A DNA stretch of 64,000 bases. It comes from Marsupella aquatica. Its lineage: Eukaryota > Plantae > Marchantiophyta. Position numbers and translations under genes: made by a program. The stretch spans positions 13,780,359 to 13,844,358 of the forward strand of contig OZ316893.1 of assembly GCA_973895155.1 (NCBI GenBank), written 5' to 3'. Shown in pieces: positions 1 to 17,485 of this stretch. The notes below the pieces were generated by a model. The model saw only the letters and a list, made by a program, of their open reading frames with translations. It made no database searches and was not told the DNA's origin. Positions within the stretch are counted from its first letter, which is position 1, and each line of letters starts with the position of its first letter.

Positions 1-1229
1 ACACTGTCATATCTATCCATACACCCCTTTTAAAATGCCCAAGCTACCCTTTAACCTTCCCATACCTGCCACAATGAAAAAATTAATCAAATTTTAAATA
101 AATTTATTCATATATAAATAAATTTATTTTTTTGAAATAATTTGGAATATAAATAAAATATATAGAAAATATTTTCTCATCTTGACATCTTTTCTTCATA
201 TGAAGATCTTCTCACCTCAAGATCTTTGCTCATCTTGATATATTTTTCCTCACCTCAAAATCTTTTCTCACCTCGACATATATCTTTTCTCTCCTTGACA
301 TGTTTTCTCATCTTGCCATCTTTTCTCTCCTTGACATATTTTTCTCACCTCAAAATGTTTTTCTCTAATAGATATCTTTTTCTCATCTTGCCATCTTTTC
401 TCTCCTTGACATATTTTTCTCAACAGGAAATGTTTTTCTCTCATCTACATCTTTTTTCACCTTGACATATTTTCTCACCTCAACATGCATCATTTGTGCA
501 ATGCATAGGTATCAGGCCCAAGATGTATTTAACAAGATCTTTTACTTTACAACATCTTTGATTAATGACATACTTTATCTATTGACCATTTTGTACTTAA
601 CAACATCTTTGGCATAACGGCATCATTGGCAACATGACATCTATTTACTTGACAACAATTTTTTACTTGATGACCTTTTCGGCAACATGCCATCTTTGGT
701 AAAATGACTTCTTTTTCTTAACAATATCATTTTACTTCATGACATCTTTCACATAAGAATATCATTATTGGGAAACACAACATATTTTCTCTTAACAACA
801 TTTTGGGCGCCACAACATCTGTTTTCTTAACGATATCTTGGGCGCCATGATATCTTTATTTTAACGACATTTTGGGCAACACGTTCATCTTTTTCTTAAC
901 GACATCTTTTTTGCAACACACGGGTATTTTTCCCTCAACGATGTCTTGGGTGAGACGACATATTTTCCCTCAATGATGTCTTTGCCGACATGACATCTTT
1001 TTTCTCAACGACATCTTGGCCGAAATGTAAACTTTTTTTTCAGCGACTTCTTGGCCAACACAACATCTTTTTTCTCAACTACCTCTTGGCCAACACGCCA
1101 ACACGACATCTTTTGTCTCCACAACCTCTTGGCCGGCAAGACATCTTTTCTCTCAACGACATCTTTTTTTTCTCAACGACATCTTGGCCGACACGACTTC
1201 TTTTGTGCAACGCACAGGTATTGAGCTAG
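1..1229 (+). mobile_element. Non-autonomous Helitron-like element (3' part) filled with degenerate ~20-bp tandem repeats
   Basis: Ends in TGTGC-AAC-GCACA hairpin, then GGTATTGAG, CTAG (1226-1229) and T, matching the plant Helitron 3' terminus pattern. The body is a decayed array of TTTTCTCAACGACATCT-like units. The 5' end is probably outside the window. Confidence 0.65.
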
Positions 1230-1232
1230 TCA

Positions 1233-1830
1233 GGTCATAATTCATAACGTTTTGCACTAAGGATTGGTCTTATGCCATTACCATCAGGTCAGTGTAAAAG
1301 CCAACCCCTTCATTGTACTAGTTACTCATGGCGCTCCATAACTCTTTGACGTAAGGATTTGTCTTATGCCATTACCATGGGGTCACAATTCATACTCCAT
1401 AACTTTTGGCACTAAGGATTGGTCTTATGTCATTACCATGGGGTCACAATTAGTAATTCTTGTCAAGAATAAAGGTTACCCGTGTGTAACCTTTTCTTCT
1501 AGGTGCCACCATTTCCATAACCCTTTGCCCATAAAATCTTGCCTGGTAATATTTTTCCGTATAGGTATTATGTATGATAATGATTGTTTGGGCTGGGTTT
1601 ACTCTGTAACCTGTTCCCACAAAGCTCAGAAAGACTTCCCGGCTACCGCAGATCAACATTTCCTCACTTTCTGGTCACAAGGACCACTGACCCAGACATA
1701 ATCCTATACTTAATACATAACTTTTTGCACTAAGGATTCGTCTTATGCCATTACCGTCAGGTTATGCCATTACCATCAGGTCATTGTAAAAGCCAACCCC
1801 TTCATTATTGTACTTGTTACTCATGGCGGC
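1233..1830. repeat. Local repeat family CATAACTTTTGCACTAAGGATTGGTCTTATGCCATTACCAT (~4 copies)
   Basis: Copies start near 1243, 1338, 1398 and 1717. The tail TGTAAAAGCCAACCCCTTCATT occurs at ~1293 and ~1785. Confidence 0.75.
1466..1678 (+). repeat. Dispersed ~210-bp repeat, copy A (inverted copy at 12398-12620)
   Basis: AAAGGTTACC.GTGTGTAAC...GTGCCACCATTTCCATAACC...CAAAGCTCAGAAA...CATTTCCTCACTTT aligns by eye to the reverse complement of 12398-12620. Confidence 0.85.
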
Positions 1831-2608
1831 CCATGCTACAGGGTATATCTTCAATTTTGAAACAACCTCATTCTGTGGGGCCAATATGGCAAGCCCTCAA
1901 ATTTGGACGAGAGTAAACAAATTGAGCCACGACACAATCCTTACATTTCACTCAGTTTCTGAACTTGATGAAGTGTGGGAGACGAGGCGCAAAACCCTGA
2001 AGATGGTGCAGTGTCCCGACCCCCGCATTGGCACCTGGCTATTGACTTTTCCTTGGTACTCTTGTTTACTTGCTTCGCAGCAAATCCATTCGCTCCTTGA
2101 GATCACCTACAGTACGTTGAGAAGACCTTCTGCTGGGGTGAATTGATCGACCAGCTCCACTAAAAAAGTGATGCGCAATAATTACACTACCGAGCTTTCT
2201 GTTCCTCCTCCCCAACCTTCGGCGATGCGATTGCTGCTGACGATTGAGGGATCTATGGCGCAGGTACCAGACTCTGCACTTTTGCTGGCGCAAGTATTCG
2301 AAGACAGACGTTAACGAGAACTAGAAAGGGCCATCTAGGGCACACCTACGCAAGGTGCAGTGTCCAGCTAGAAGAAGAGGCAGGGGCCTTTATCGTGGCA
2401 ACTGTGGTTTAAGCACTTTGTCAAAGTTCACCACAGACATCTGAGCTTTTGCAAACACTTTTTCTGCACGGGCTTTTCGGGCGTATAGTGATATTGAATT
2501 TGACGGTACTATAATTTCTGCACCAATATGGCTCCTGCAGGTCACTTGAACCTCTCTACAGCAATCGGGACTCCCGGTTTCAATGGTCAAACAAGCAACT
2601 GAACAAAA

Positions 2609-2617
2609 TTAGGGTTT
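2609..2617 (-). promoter_or_regulatory. Telo-box (AAACCCTAA) upstream of the ribosomal protein gene
   Basis: TTAGGGTTT lies ~150 bp upstream of the MRPL47 ATG. Telo-boxes are typical of plant translation-machinery promoters. Confidence 0.5.
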
Positions 2618-2764
2618 TTTACCTCGCCCGGTTTCCTACCGTGTCCGTTGCGATTTCTCCTGCTGACGGACGGACAGCAATTCTGTTAGGGAGAGCCCTG
2701 CTAGAGAATCTGTTAGCTTGCCGTTGCTTGACAGGAGATAGATCGAACGGGAGTTAAGTACACA

Positions 2765-3601
2765 ATGCAGGCTTTTAGGACGTTGCTGCGACCTGTGGTG
2801 GCTTCAGCGCACACTCGTACAACAGTTCGGCCTATGAGTGGCGGACTCGCAGAATTTTTCGAGAGTGGCCGAGATCCCGCGTCTGATAAGAAGATTGTTT
2901 ACGGTATCTCCCTTGCCCTTTCCAAATCGCTCATTCCTTTTGATTCCTCTATGGATGGTATCAGTGATTTAATGGAGGTTCCTAACGTCTGTCACCTAAC
3001 CGAGCTGGCTACTTCTTGTGGGTAAGGTCTAGATCGTTCAACTTTTTCCGTCCATGTAGGGAAGTTACCCCAACAGATTTTCTCCTGTGATGTAGCCTCC
3101 ACGAGAGCTGAATGTCTTCTTGTAACGCTTGTGCTATGGACTCCGTGAACTGTAAGATCAATTGAGTTAGTTTCTGGGTCAGATCATCGTGTTTCGTCAT
3201 GTCCGATGTGGTTTTTTTGTAGGCAGAGGCTGGAAAGCATCTGAACTGAGACTAAAGTCGTGGGACGACCTGCACAAGCTGTGGTACGTGTTTCTAAAGG
3301 AAAAGAACATGCTACTGTCACAAAAACAGATGTTGCTGTCGCAAAGCCTCCGAATGCCAAATCCAGAACGGATGTCAAAGGTAACGGTCTTGCTGTTCAT
3401 CGGAGTAGTTCGTGGAATAATTTATTGTGTAGAATCTTGGATATTGATAATTTGGGAATGTGGACTCACCTTACAATGTCCGTCTGTTGCCAGGTGCGTA
3501 AGTCAATGTGCCGTTTGAAACAAGTCCTTACAGAAAGAGCGTTGCAGGTGGAAGATCGACAAAAGCGGAAAATTCTGAAAAAAATGATCAATTCGATGTG
3601 A
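2765..3601 (+). CDS. MRPL47: Mitochondrial 39S ribosomal protein L47 (uL29m), 134 aa
   Basis: Exons 2765-2903, 3223-3380 and 3494-3601 with GT-AG introns. Spliced protein has GLAEFFE...[34 protein letters not shown]...[24 protein letters not shown] (MRP-L47 signature) and an Arg/Ser-rich N-terminal transit-like peptide. Confidence 0.93.
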
Positions 3602-3914
3602 GCACTTCGTGCAAGACATCATTGATTTTTCTGGAATCTAGGTTTTTTCTGGAATCTAGTTTCCTGTCACTCATAAAGCTGGAAAGAAAGCAAATCGCCA
3701 TAAGCATATCAGGAGTTACTCTGGAATACTACTGTCATACGGAATCGCTGGAGTTGGTCAGGAGGGGCTAGGCATTTTGATCTAGTAGGCTATCGGTTTC
3801 TACGCGGGACCAAAATCCTCCTGAACTCAATTTGATTTAATCATATCTAAAAAAATGCGGAAGTTTTCCAAAAGTCCAGTTTTATCTAAAATTGGGGTTC
3901 TAATATTAACTCAA

Positions 3915-4390
3915 CTCGTTCTCTTGGTATACATTTTCAACCTCGAGGATTCTCTGGGCGAAGTTCAGTCTTTAGGTTTTGTTGGCTTTTCCAACGCTCA
4001 CTTTTGCTGACGATTTGGCTGATCAACGATCTACCACTGGATATCTTTTCAAACTTGCCAGTGACGCGATATCTTGGAAATCCAGGAAACAACCAGTCAG
4101 TGCTACTTCTTTTATTGAATCAGAATATCTGGCTTATACTCTTGTCTGAAAGGAAGACGTTTGCTTCCACTGCTACTTTTTGATCTTCATTATGATTTTG
4201 CTGATGTGCAACTCATGGTTCTACATGGTGACAGCGCTGTCCCTCACGTTCAGTCCTGAACATCATTTTCGGAATGAACACTTTGGAGTCCAATGGCATT
4301 ACATTCAAGAACTGGTGAAGGCTGGTGTCATAGAGATGTGTGTCTACCTACACAAATTGTGCCGGCAGATGGCTTAATCTAGCCAAGGTG
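3915..4390 (+). mobile_element. Degenerate Ty1/copia pol fragment (RT end and RNase H)
   Basis: Translates to GFSNAH/FADDLADQRSTTGYLFKLASDAISWKSRKQPVSATSFIESEYLA and HHFRNEHFGVQWHYIQELVKAG. These match the copia DADWA..RRSTTGY..ISWKSKKQ..STTEAEY and HSRTKHIDVRYHFIRE motifs; frameshifts and stops are present. Confidence 0.85.
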
Positions 4391-4399
4391 TGGTCTAAA

Positions 4400-4477
4400 T
4401 CTTACTAATCAATTGCAAAGAGAAGCTACAGTTGGGGTCTAGGTTTCTAGAGTGAAGCCTCTAGACCATGGGTCCCA
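4400..4477 (-). repeat. Short dispersed repeat family (other copies 26483-26650 and 53417-53540)
   Basis: Shared core ATGGTCTAGAGG.TTCAC.CTAGA..CCTAGAC...AACT.TAG...TTGCAATT...TAGTAAG. Confidence 0.7.
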
Positions 4478-5148
4478 CCAAGATTTCTATGGATGGAAAG
4501 ATGAAATATCATGTATATCATGATTTCACATCATTTTTATTATATTCATGCTCGTTTGCCAAATCTAGCGCTCATTTGCCAGATTCGTAGGGCTTCTTGG
4601 ACTTAGGTCTTCTGTCACGTAGATTCTGTTTCGTCACTTCCTTAGAGCATTAAGGAGATTTTTCTTTCAAGAGGTCTGGGATCTGTAGTTTATACTCTTT
4701 TTGATCTTCTGCTTTTAGTGACACCTGTCACACTTGCAGTTGCCGAGACTGAGGCGCATCTCCAGTTGTTTATTATGCCATGCGCCGAGTTGTTATATAG
4801 TCCGCTTTATATCGGGTATTAAATTCTGATGTGTTTCTCACATCTACTTGTACTTGCAGTTTCAATTCGCACTTTTCTTGCCAGAGTCTTTCATGTTCTC
4901 AATCACAGCAGAATTCGTCCAGTAGAATTTGAATCCTTTAGTCTTGCTTCAATAGTGTTGTTATTTTGCAAGATTTGAGAGAAACATTTGGGGTTTCATA
5001 GATTTCCCTCCTTCCTTTTTTAAATCAACAAAAAGATAATTGATGCAAGATTCACACTTCACGTTAAATGAGAGCATACAAGAGAGTTTTATTATTCTCT
5101 AGGCTGTCAGCCATACCAAACCTCAAGAGCACAAGCTCTACTTATCTA

Positions 5149-5256
5149 TTCTCATCTCTGTGATCCCCATTACTGATCTGTTGTCATCTCTGTGATCCCC
5201 ATTACTGATCTGTTCTCATCTCTGTGTTCTCATCTCTGTGATCCCAATTACTGTTG
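5149..5256. repeat. Tandem repeat TCATCTCTGTGATCCCCATTACTGATCTGTT (~3 copies)
   Basis: Directly visible ~32-bp units. Confidence 0.85.
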
Positions 5257-7024
5257 CAGCTACAAGTAGCAGAAACACCTATCATTTTTTTAGAAAATCT
5301 TGATTCACCCCAAGGAGTGGGGCTGAATGAGGCTCAGGCTTACACAGTACCTAGGGACAACGCAATTTGATATTCCAAAAAAAGGAATGGACACGTATAT
5401 AGGTAGCTGCACAGACATGAAGGTGAGGCCAGGAAAGCAGAGTCAAAGGGGTTTTACAGGGCTTTCAACACCAATAGGTCAAATGGGTCAATAGGCAAAG
5501 TTAGAGAAGGAGAAGGTCCCAGAATACCACTGAAGTAAGACAGCTTGAGATGAACCGATGGAGACAGGTGGTTCCAGTACTTTGCTCTTCCAAATTCACT
5601 CCTCTGCCTCATTCATACTGTAGAAAACTCATAAATTTTACCCCAGAAATAAGGATGTCGTGCCTTGGTCATTGAGTTTGGCTCCTCTTGCCTGTGTTAA
5701 TATTACAGAAGAATTATAAACACCACCATGGAGCGTGTTTTTTCTTACTTTAATACTGCAATTTGATCCTCTTGCCCATGTTAATTTTATAAACAAAATA
5801 CCACGAAAGTCTATTGGTTTCTTCCTCTAATTTTCTTTTTCGTCAAATACATAGAAGTGCTACGACAAACCGCCCTCGATCCCAGCCGGGTCGTCAGGAC
5901 AGGAGATGGCGATCAAAAACCTGCATGATATTTGAGAAATTTTATGGTAATATCACCTTTCATTAATACTGCCCTTGTAGCCTCATTTTTCAGTGTTTCG
6001 TATATCTCAAGTTTTGCCCTCCCACTTTGTATCATTCCCAATAGAAGGATAATCACCTTTAGTTCCCGGAGGAAAACATTTCTTCAAATGATATTACATT
6101 ATCTGATAATGGGCGAGACGTGCAGCGACTCTATTTTCCGAGTCTGTGCGAACACCAGAAAGCAGATTAAAAGGCGCGGCACAACTGGGATGTAAGTTTT
6201 CCCAAACGATACAATTCAGTTTTCTCCATGGACTTACTCCCCATCCCAGCGTTCAATAGCTATTTCAGTGCTAGGGAGCAGAGCAATAGAGCCCAAAATG
6301 TTTCTCGGGAGATCAGATAATTGAGTGAGCTCCCACACTACCATGTACAAATAACCAGAGATAGCCTACATTATGTTAAAAAACCACAAAGACAATAGAC
6401 CACAGTAGGACATCTGAACCAAAATAAATGTCCACACCAAAGCCACGCTGAGCTAGTTGCAACTGATTCAGAACTGGAGTATTCCCAACCCCTGCCATTC
6501 GATATCGCACGAAAGATCCGAATTTTTAGGGAGCCACATTGCACCTTACAATAAGAATAATAGAAGAGCAAAATGGGACCTTCTGGCCTACAGAAACAAT
6601 CATGAAAACTTCCAGTGTGCACATCCGGTGTCACTTTCTGCAGGATGCCAGATCTTCAACAAATGTGTCCCAAGAGTAGAAAACTCTGGTACTGCACTGA
6701 CGGTGACAGACAGCAGTTTCCTTGTACCGTTGAAGTAAAGACTTGCAAGTATTCCTGCCATAAGGGTTTCACAACATCGTCATATACATCTTGGTCCAGA
6801 AAGCGGGTATTTTGCTCATGTCAAAAAGACTAGAGCAAGAAATGGCCACATATAGGTAGGCCACGCAAATCAACGAGCCTAAATAACCCGCAGCAGGGTG
6901 GAATTGGAAGTACACGTCTTTCTCCCAGCCGTCCTAGTAAAGAATGAATTGAGCGACTTTTCTGAAACGGCACTTTGATCTGCGTAGAAAGAGTCGGGCG
7001 CTTAACACCACCTACCTTCCAAAC

Positions 7025-11450
<4,426 letters not shown>

Positions 11451-12184
11451 ACCCCATAAGCGGGGTTCCTACCACACCCGCCGCCCTCTCAATCCCGTCA
11501 CACAAGATGATAATCGACAGATCGCTGCCCCAACCACGATCTGCCGCTTTTCTCTTCCCTTCACAAATAGCTACACTCAGCACGTCGAGATGGCCACCCC
11601 GGCCCCTCCACCACTCCGTGTGCAGCGATCACGCATGCATGCGACACACCGTCGAGCAAAGCGCATCCCACCCCTCGCCAATCCAATCAACGTCTTGAGT
11701 CTCGAGATCACGTGTTCCGAATCCTCCAATCTCTGTCCGCTCCCGCTTCTTACTTACTCCCTTACTTTCCTGACTGACTCAGCAGCCGTCCGAAAAATTG
11801 CACCACAACATCTCACCAGCGCATCTTGCTGGACTAAATCAGCCAGCCAAGCCTTCACTGCCTGCGTGCTTCTCTCTCTACCACCACCGTAATACCTCGA
11901 AGCGTCGAACAGTTCCTCTCTTCTCTTCTCTTCTCCTCTCGTCTTCTCTCCTCCCTCTCCGCTCCGCATTCCCTCCTCCTGCACCTCCACCTCCACCCTC
12001 GCCCGCCCGCGCACAGTTTCTTCGGGAAAAAGAGCAGGGGAGAGGCAAGAGTCGATATTAACGGGGGGGGGAAGCGAACGGAGATAGGGCACAGCTGTGA
12101 GTTCGAATGTGGAGCGCCCTCGTTACCGCAGTTTGAGTAGTTCTGTACTGTGATGGTGTCCCGTACTCGTCCCTCATGTACGTT

Positions 12185-12397
12185 GAGGAGTGTCCCGGTA
12201 ATACTACCAAGGACACTCCTCTATTTTGAACAAAATTATTGGGTTTAATACTAAGTATAGCATAATGACGGACTGGTCTGGTGTAACCCTGTGACCGTCC
12301 AGGTAATACTGCCAAGGACATTCCTCTATTTTGAAGACAATTATTGGGTTTAATACTGAGTGTAGGGTAACTACTAACCACGGATTGGTCTGGGGTG
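12185..12397. repeat. ~105-bp tandem duplication (partial third copy at 12627-12670)
   Basis: GGTAATACT.CCAAGGACA.TCCTCTATTTTGAA.A.AATTATTGGGTTTAATACT occurs twice. Confidence 0.85.
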
Positions 12398-12620
12398 TGT
12401 AACCCAAAAGTGAGGAAATGCTGACTGGTGGTAGCCGATAAGTTTTTCTGAGCTTTGTGTGAATAGGTTTCAGAGATTAACCCCAGTCCAAATAGTCATT
12501 ATCATACTTAATACTTACCTGGAAGAAAGATTACCAGACAACTCTTCCTGAGCACATGGTTATGGAAATGGTGGCACCTACAGAAGTAGAAAAAGTTACA
12601 CACCGGTAACCTTTCTTCCT
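12398..12620 (-). repeat. Dispersed ~210-bp repeat, copy B (inverted relative to 1466-1678)
   Basis: Reverse complement aligns to 1466-1678. Confidence 0.85.
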
Positions 12621-13119
12621 AATAGGAATTACGAAGGACACTCTTATATTTTGAACAAAATTATTGGGTTGCATCATGGGATTGAGGAAGTGGAAGCCCG
12701 AATGAACCTTCAAGTTTGATGAATGCTCCTATGGACATTTGCAACTCGGCTGAACCTTTGCGAAACATACTTCTAGGCTTGGATGACACGCTTTACACTT
12801 AGGTATGAAGGGCGATCTGTAACTCCTCACACACCAGCTGTAGGGGGTATTCCATCTGTTGCAGTGTCGTGATAGTGAATTTTACTGGCGTCCTTGGTAC
12901 AAATTGCGACAAGCTGCGATTGCGACGGGCCCAGATTCTTACGATTAACTGTGATGGGGAAGCGTTGAGGTTATGATTAGTTGTGATGGGAAAGTGTGAG
13001 ACATGAAGGAGCTAACCTAGGTTAGTTTTCTTAACCCACAAACAAAAAGAGTGGCATTGTGATAAAGAGAAAATATTCAGTGGCAAGGTACGTAGTATGC
13101 CAACAAAAATTGACAACCT

Positions 13120-13360
13120 AGTAAATCCCAGTTTCTGGAAATTGGGACAAATTCAATTCTGGTGGACTTGGGAATTTTGATGGCTTGTTAAGGAGATTAG
13201 GACAAACCAAATTGGCCTTTTGGGGAAGGACAAATTAAAGTCTGGTGAGCTGGGAAAATATGCTCACCTATTTGGGGAAATTGGGACAAACCAAATTCTG
13301 GTGGGCTGGGAAGATATGTGACTTTCTCGGGAAATTAGGACAAACTCAATTTTAGACGGG
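13120..13360. repeat. Degenerate tandem repeat GGAAATTGGGACAAA..AATTCTGGTG (~5 copies)
   Basis: GGACAAA core at ~13145, 13200, 13228, 13284 and 13338. Confidence 0.7.
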
Positions 13361-13666
13361 AAAGCATGAAAATTTGTGAATGAAGGGAAAAGCTCCCCTA
13401 AATGTGTTAGTCTTCTAAAATTTCTCTAACACACGTCCACTTTGTGTCAATAACCTCAGAAAAAGTTGTGACGGAGAAAGTTAGAATGGCCACTCACAAC
13501 AGTCTAGGAGCAAGATTAATTTTTTTTTAAGATCAAAGTTTGTGAACCAGGACATTTTACTCTACAGCCAGAGGCAACGGAGAGTCCAAGATGTTTTTCA
13601 CCCAGATGGTGACATGGGAGTTATCTACAGTGCTCTTTGCGCCTTTGCACCCATTGCGGGATACTG

Positions 13667-13862
13667 TAGTGCCATCTTGGTTGGTGCATGCAAAATAAAT
13701 AATTATTCAAACTTCAGGCAAGTATCTTAAAAAATGCAGTCCTTTTGGAGCATAGAAGGAAACATGTCAAGTCAATTTCAACAATAATTTAACAATTGTG
13801 GTGTACACACTGGCTTTTCAACAACTTTGTGTGCAAGCTCTGTATGAACCAAGATGGCACTA
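13667..13862. mobile_element. Small MITE-like element with 16-bp perfect terminal inverted repeats
   Basis: TAGTGCCATCTTGGTT (13667) and AACCAAGATGGCACTA (ending 13862). The terminal TA could be a Tc1/mariner-type target duplication. Confidence 0.6.
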
Positions 13863-14479
13863 TGAAAGCACACTACCAAAAAATTTAAAAACACCAAGCT
13901 AGGAGACAAGATCCCAAAGCAGAATATCTAATACATGGAGAAAACAATAGAAAACCCAGAAGACAAAAGACAAAAGACCCAAAAAGCCAGAGCCCCATAC
14001 TACAGCAAAGGAATAAAAGCCCTACTCAATAGTAACCTCAAATGGCCCTATTACCAACAGCCTCAGCAGTCCACAGGATAACTAATGCCTGAGCCCTCTA
14101 TATATAGAGCAACCTTTCCCCACCTTGCACACAAAAATAGAACAAAAAATATTTGGAAGGCTAGAGTAAAGTTTAGAATACACTTTGGGTCAATTGAGAC
14201 ACACCCATCCTTGCACACGTCCAGTGAACAGAGCTACACTCCTGATCAAAGCCAATGATGAGGCAAATTTTTAAAAAACATGTCCAACTGGATTGCATCA
14301 AAGCCTGCTACCCCAAGTCTCATAGATTTTATGCTTGATTGATAGATTCATGGATATGGTAACCCACCTTTAAGAGAGAATAATGGGGTTGAAACCCAAG
14401 GTTTGATAGGTTTCCAAGCTAGTGAGGACTCTAGTCGACGAGCAATATTTCATCCTTCTGTCCACAAGAGATTTACTTA

Positions 14480-15410
14480 CGACTCCTATAGACTTTCTCT
14501 TGTGATGACCAAAATGTTTCAATCCTCGCCCAATGGACCTCTTGAACCACCCATTCAGGATTTCGTGTCAGAAATTCTTATGACACAATTTTGCAGTTCT
14601 TACAACACGATGTTTGTAGGACCCACAATTGTCTAGCCTTGTTGGGTGCCCAATTGTTTGTCCAAATGGATACATAAATTGTGCAAGTGGTATCACAGCC
14701 AATCGCAAATTTGTCCATTTGATTTGTTCTTTGGACTCAAGCATCTTTGGCCTCAAGCGTCCTTGCAAGGCCAGGAGCGATAGTGTTTTTATTAGTGTGA
14801 CTTCTGAATACATTGTCCACCCTATATAGCAGCAGGCATGGTTGTGTTCATTTGGGTTGGCTTTGGCACTGAGCATTTCTGTAAGCTATGTCTAGATAGC
14901 ATAATATTTTCTAGGGTGAGCTTTGAATACATTGTCCACCATGTATACCAGGTAGACATACTTTTGTTAATTTGGACCGGCTTAAACACCAAGTGTCATG
15001 TAAGAAATTGTCAGCTCAAACCAGACAGCAAATGCAGAACATGAGAGAGACACTCAATCACATGCTACACGAACGAGACACCACGAGTGGAGAAACTCCT
15101 GAAAGATCCATAGCATATGAGAATACAAGTGAAGAATGAGGGAAAGAATGCTCCCTCCAACCTATATCTTACAAGGGCAACTGAGATGTGTGGGTCTAAT
15201 TAAGTGGATCTTATCATAATCTAACCAAGGGTCAACTAACTAAAGTTGGGAACTAGAGTCAGTTACTAAGATGTCTTTGTAGGGTCTCAAAGCGATCATT
15301 TTTCTAAGTGACTCTGAGCTTTGAATACATTGTCCACCATGTTTACCAAACATACATGCTTTTATCCATTTGGGTTGGCTTTGGCATCAACCGTCTTTGT
15401 AAGGCCATGG
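14480..15410 (+). repeat. Dispersed repeat or decayed element with internal subrepeats (inverted relative at 34370-34900)
   Basis: GTTGGGTG.CCAA.TG..TGTCCAAATGGATACAT and CAGGATTT.GTGTCAGAA match the reverse complement of 34690-34830. TGAATACATTGTCCACC occurs three times (~14805, 14924, 15322). Confidence 0.7.
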
Positions 15411-17294
15411 AGTGTAAAAATAATTGCATGCATTTACAACCCCCGATATATAATTAAGTAAGCATTTTGGGCCAAGGAAAATCAAAGGAGAAATTGCACA
15501 CCATAAACTTAGATTGGCCCCATGATGTTGTTTGGGCGCTCCTTCAGTGCAGTTTGCTCATCTTCAAGGGTAGTCATAGCTATCTTCAGCAGAATAGGAA
15601 GCTCGGCCAACAAGTAGGCATCACGAGAAAATGCCAATGAAATGAAAACACAATGAGAAACAAAAGTGGTTCCCAACGAATTTTGTATGTTATTAAAATC
15701 CAACGACAACCCAAATATCATGTATACAAATAACAAAAACATTGAGACCACATAGTATATATGTGTTCAGTTCTATGTGCACCGCCAAGAGAAGATCACA
15801 ATGAAACATCAAATGTTTATCACCATAGCTTGGCTCACTCCAAGCTCTATTGCCCATCTCCTCTCCCTAGGTCTTTCACCTGAAACCCAACTATGTAGAA
15901 TGAGCCTCACAAGGTACTATCCTCAACTATAGAGAGCCACTGAGTAGGGCTACTAGCTAACTAGAGTTATCAAATCAATCACAATTAGTTGTCATCAAGG
16001 TAATATTCATCCCAATTGTTGAGCATAGACGACAATCACAACGGGAAACACATGACACATCTATTGCACAAGTAGTCCACAAAAAAATACATGATTCACC
16101 TCGTCCATGAGAACACACAATAAAGCTTATTGAACTCTAAATCCGTCGCCCATACCAAGTCTCCAATGTGTAAGCTCTCCTCATTTCTCAAGTGGCTCCC
16201 TAACAATGAGCCTTAGTTCTACTTATCCTAGTAAACACCGCTGAGGGTATAGTGTGCAACATAGTCTCCAACTATGGTTAGCCTAACTATGGTTACATGC
16301 GATAACTCTAGACGTAAGAGTAAATACCTGACACCAACATCATAAACGCTAGGGCAGGCACATTTAAATTTAAATTTCATTACAATGTGCCCAATGTATT
16401 CACACAAGGAGGAAGTCAAGGAGCTGTGGCGCTTATGTGTTCCAATGCATGTGATCAAGAACTTCCTCAACTGCATAGTTACCCCCTGCCATGTTACTAA
16501 CACAAAATCAACCATTGTAATATGAGGCTACATAGTCAACACAGCTACGTGGTGGCGCACAGAACATGGTTGTGAGGAGTGGTCCCAAGGGCCAATGGGA
16601 GAGAATATCAAACATTTGATCCATTGGGAGAGAAATCTGAAACTTTTGGTTCATCATGAGGTCTATCCATGAGGTCCACTTAGTATCTCTCTTCCATCCT
16701 CATGGCAAAACAAGGGACATTGACAGGTACCCGCATTCACAGATGACCTGCCCCCATTTTTCACCAGATAGTGACAATGGAGTTTTAAAATGCTCTCCTT
16801 GCCTCCACACTCCCACCCATCTTCCAACACAAAAATGGAAAAATGTCCCTTGCTCACCTCACTCGAGCCTCATTTAGAACAACATTTTCTTGTTATGTGT
16901 TTTTCAAAAGTGAGAACTCCATCTTTGCACAATTGTTTCTCACTCAACACATAAATAAGTCTACAAACCTGGTCAAGCCTGGATGAGTAAACTTTAAAAA
17001 AATGTTGATGCACACTTACGAGGTTGTAAAGGGAAGAGGGGGGGTGGGGGGGGGGGGGGGGGCGCTAGAGGGGCATCTATACAGGCCCAATTGTTTGGTT
17101 TTGTTTTGTGCTATGGATTGTTAAATAAACTTGTACATGAGCATTTGTATAGGAGAACTTGGGGGGAGAGGCCTGAAAACTTGTTTTTTCTTTGGTGTGA
17201 CTTTTCTGTTAAACAACAGAAGTCATGCATGACTCTATCAAAGAGAGAAGTGCTCAAAACCTCTTAGGTTTTTTTTTCACTTTCCAGTCATGTC

Positions 17295-17415
17295 CTCCCC
17301 CATCGTTCCAGTCCCCTCCACAATTCCAGGAAAATGACACTACTTTAGGGTGAGCTCCCCCATCATTCCAGTCCCCTCCACAATTCCAGGAAAATGACAC
17401 TACTTTTGGGTGAGC
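17295..17415. repeat. 60-bp tandem repeat, 2 copies
   Basis: CTCCCCCATC.TTCCAGTCCCCTCCACAATTCCAGGAAAATGACACTACTTT.GGGTGAG at 17295 and 17355. Confidence 0.92.
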
Positions 17416-17485
17416 TGGTGTATTACCAGAAGGTTCCTGCATTGAAACAACCACACGACCAAATAGTATCCTTTCGTGAGATTGT

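Noticed and set aside
226-1229. Phe/Leu/Ser-rich ORFs
   Set aside because: By-products of T/C-rich tandem repeats.
6830-6995. Acceptor-like CTCTTTCTACGCAG (6980) that could give an alternative last CK2 exon or a 3'-UTR intron
   Set aside because: A UTR intron would be only 36-45 nt, and the alternative exon would drop the conserved AHPYF. No supporting evidence.
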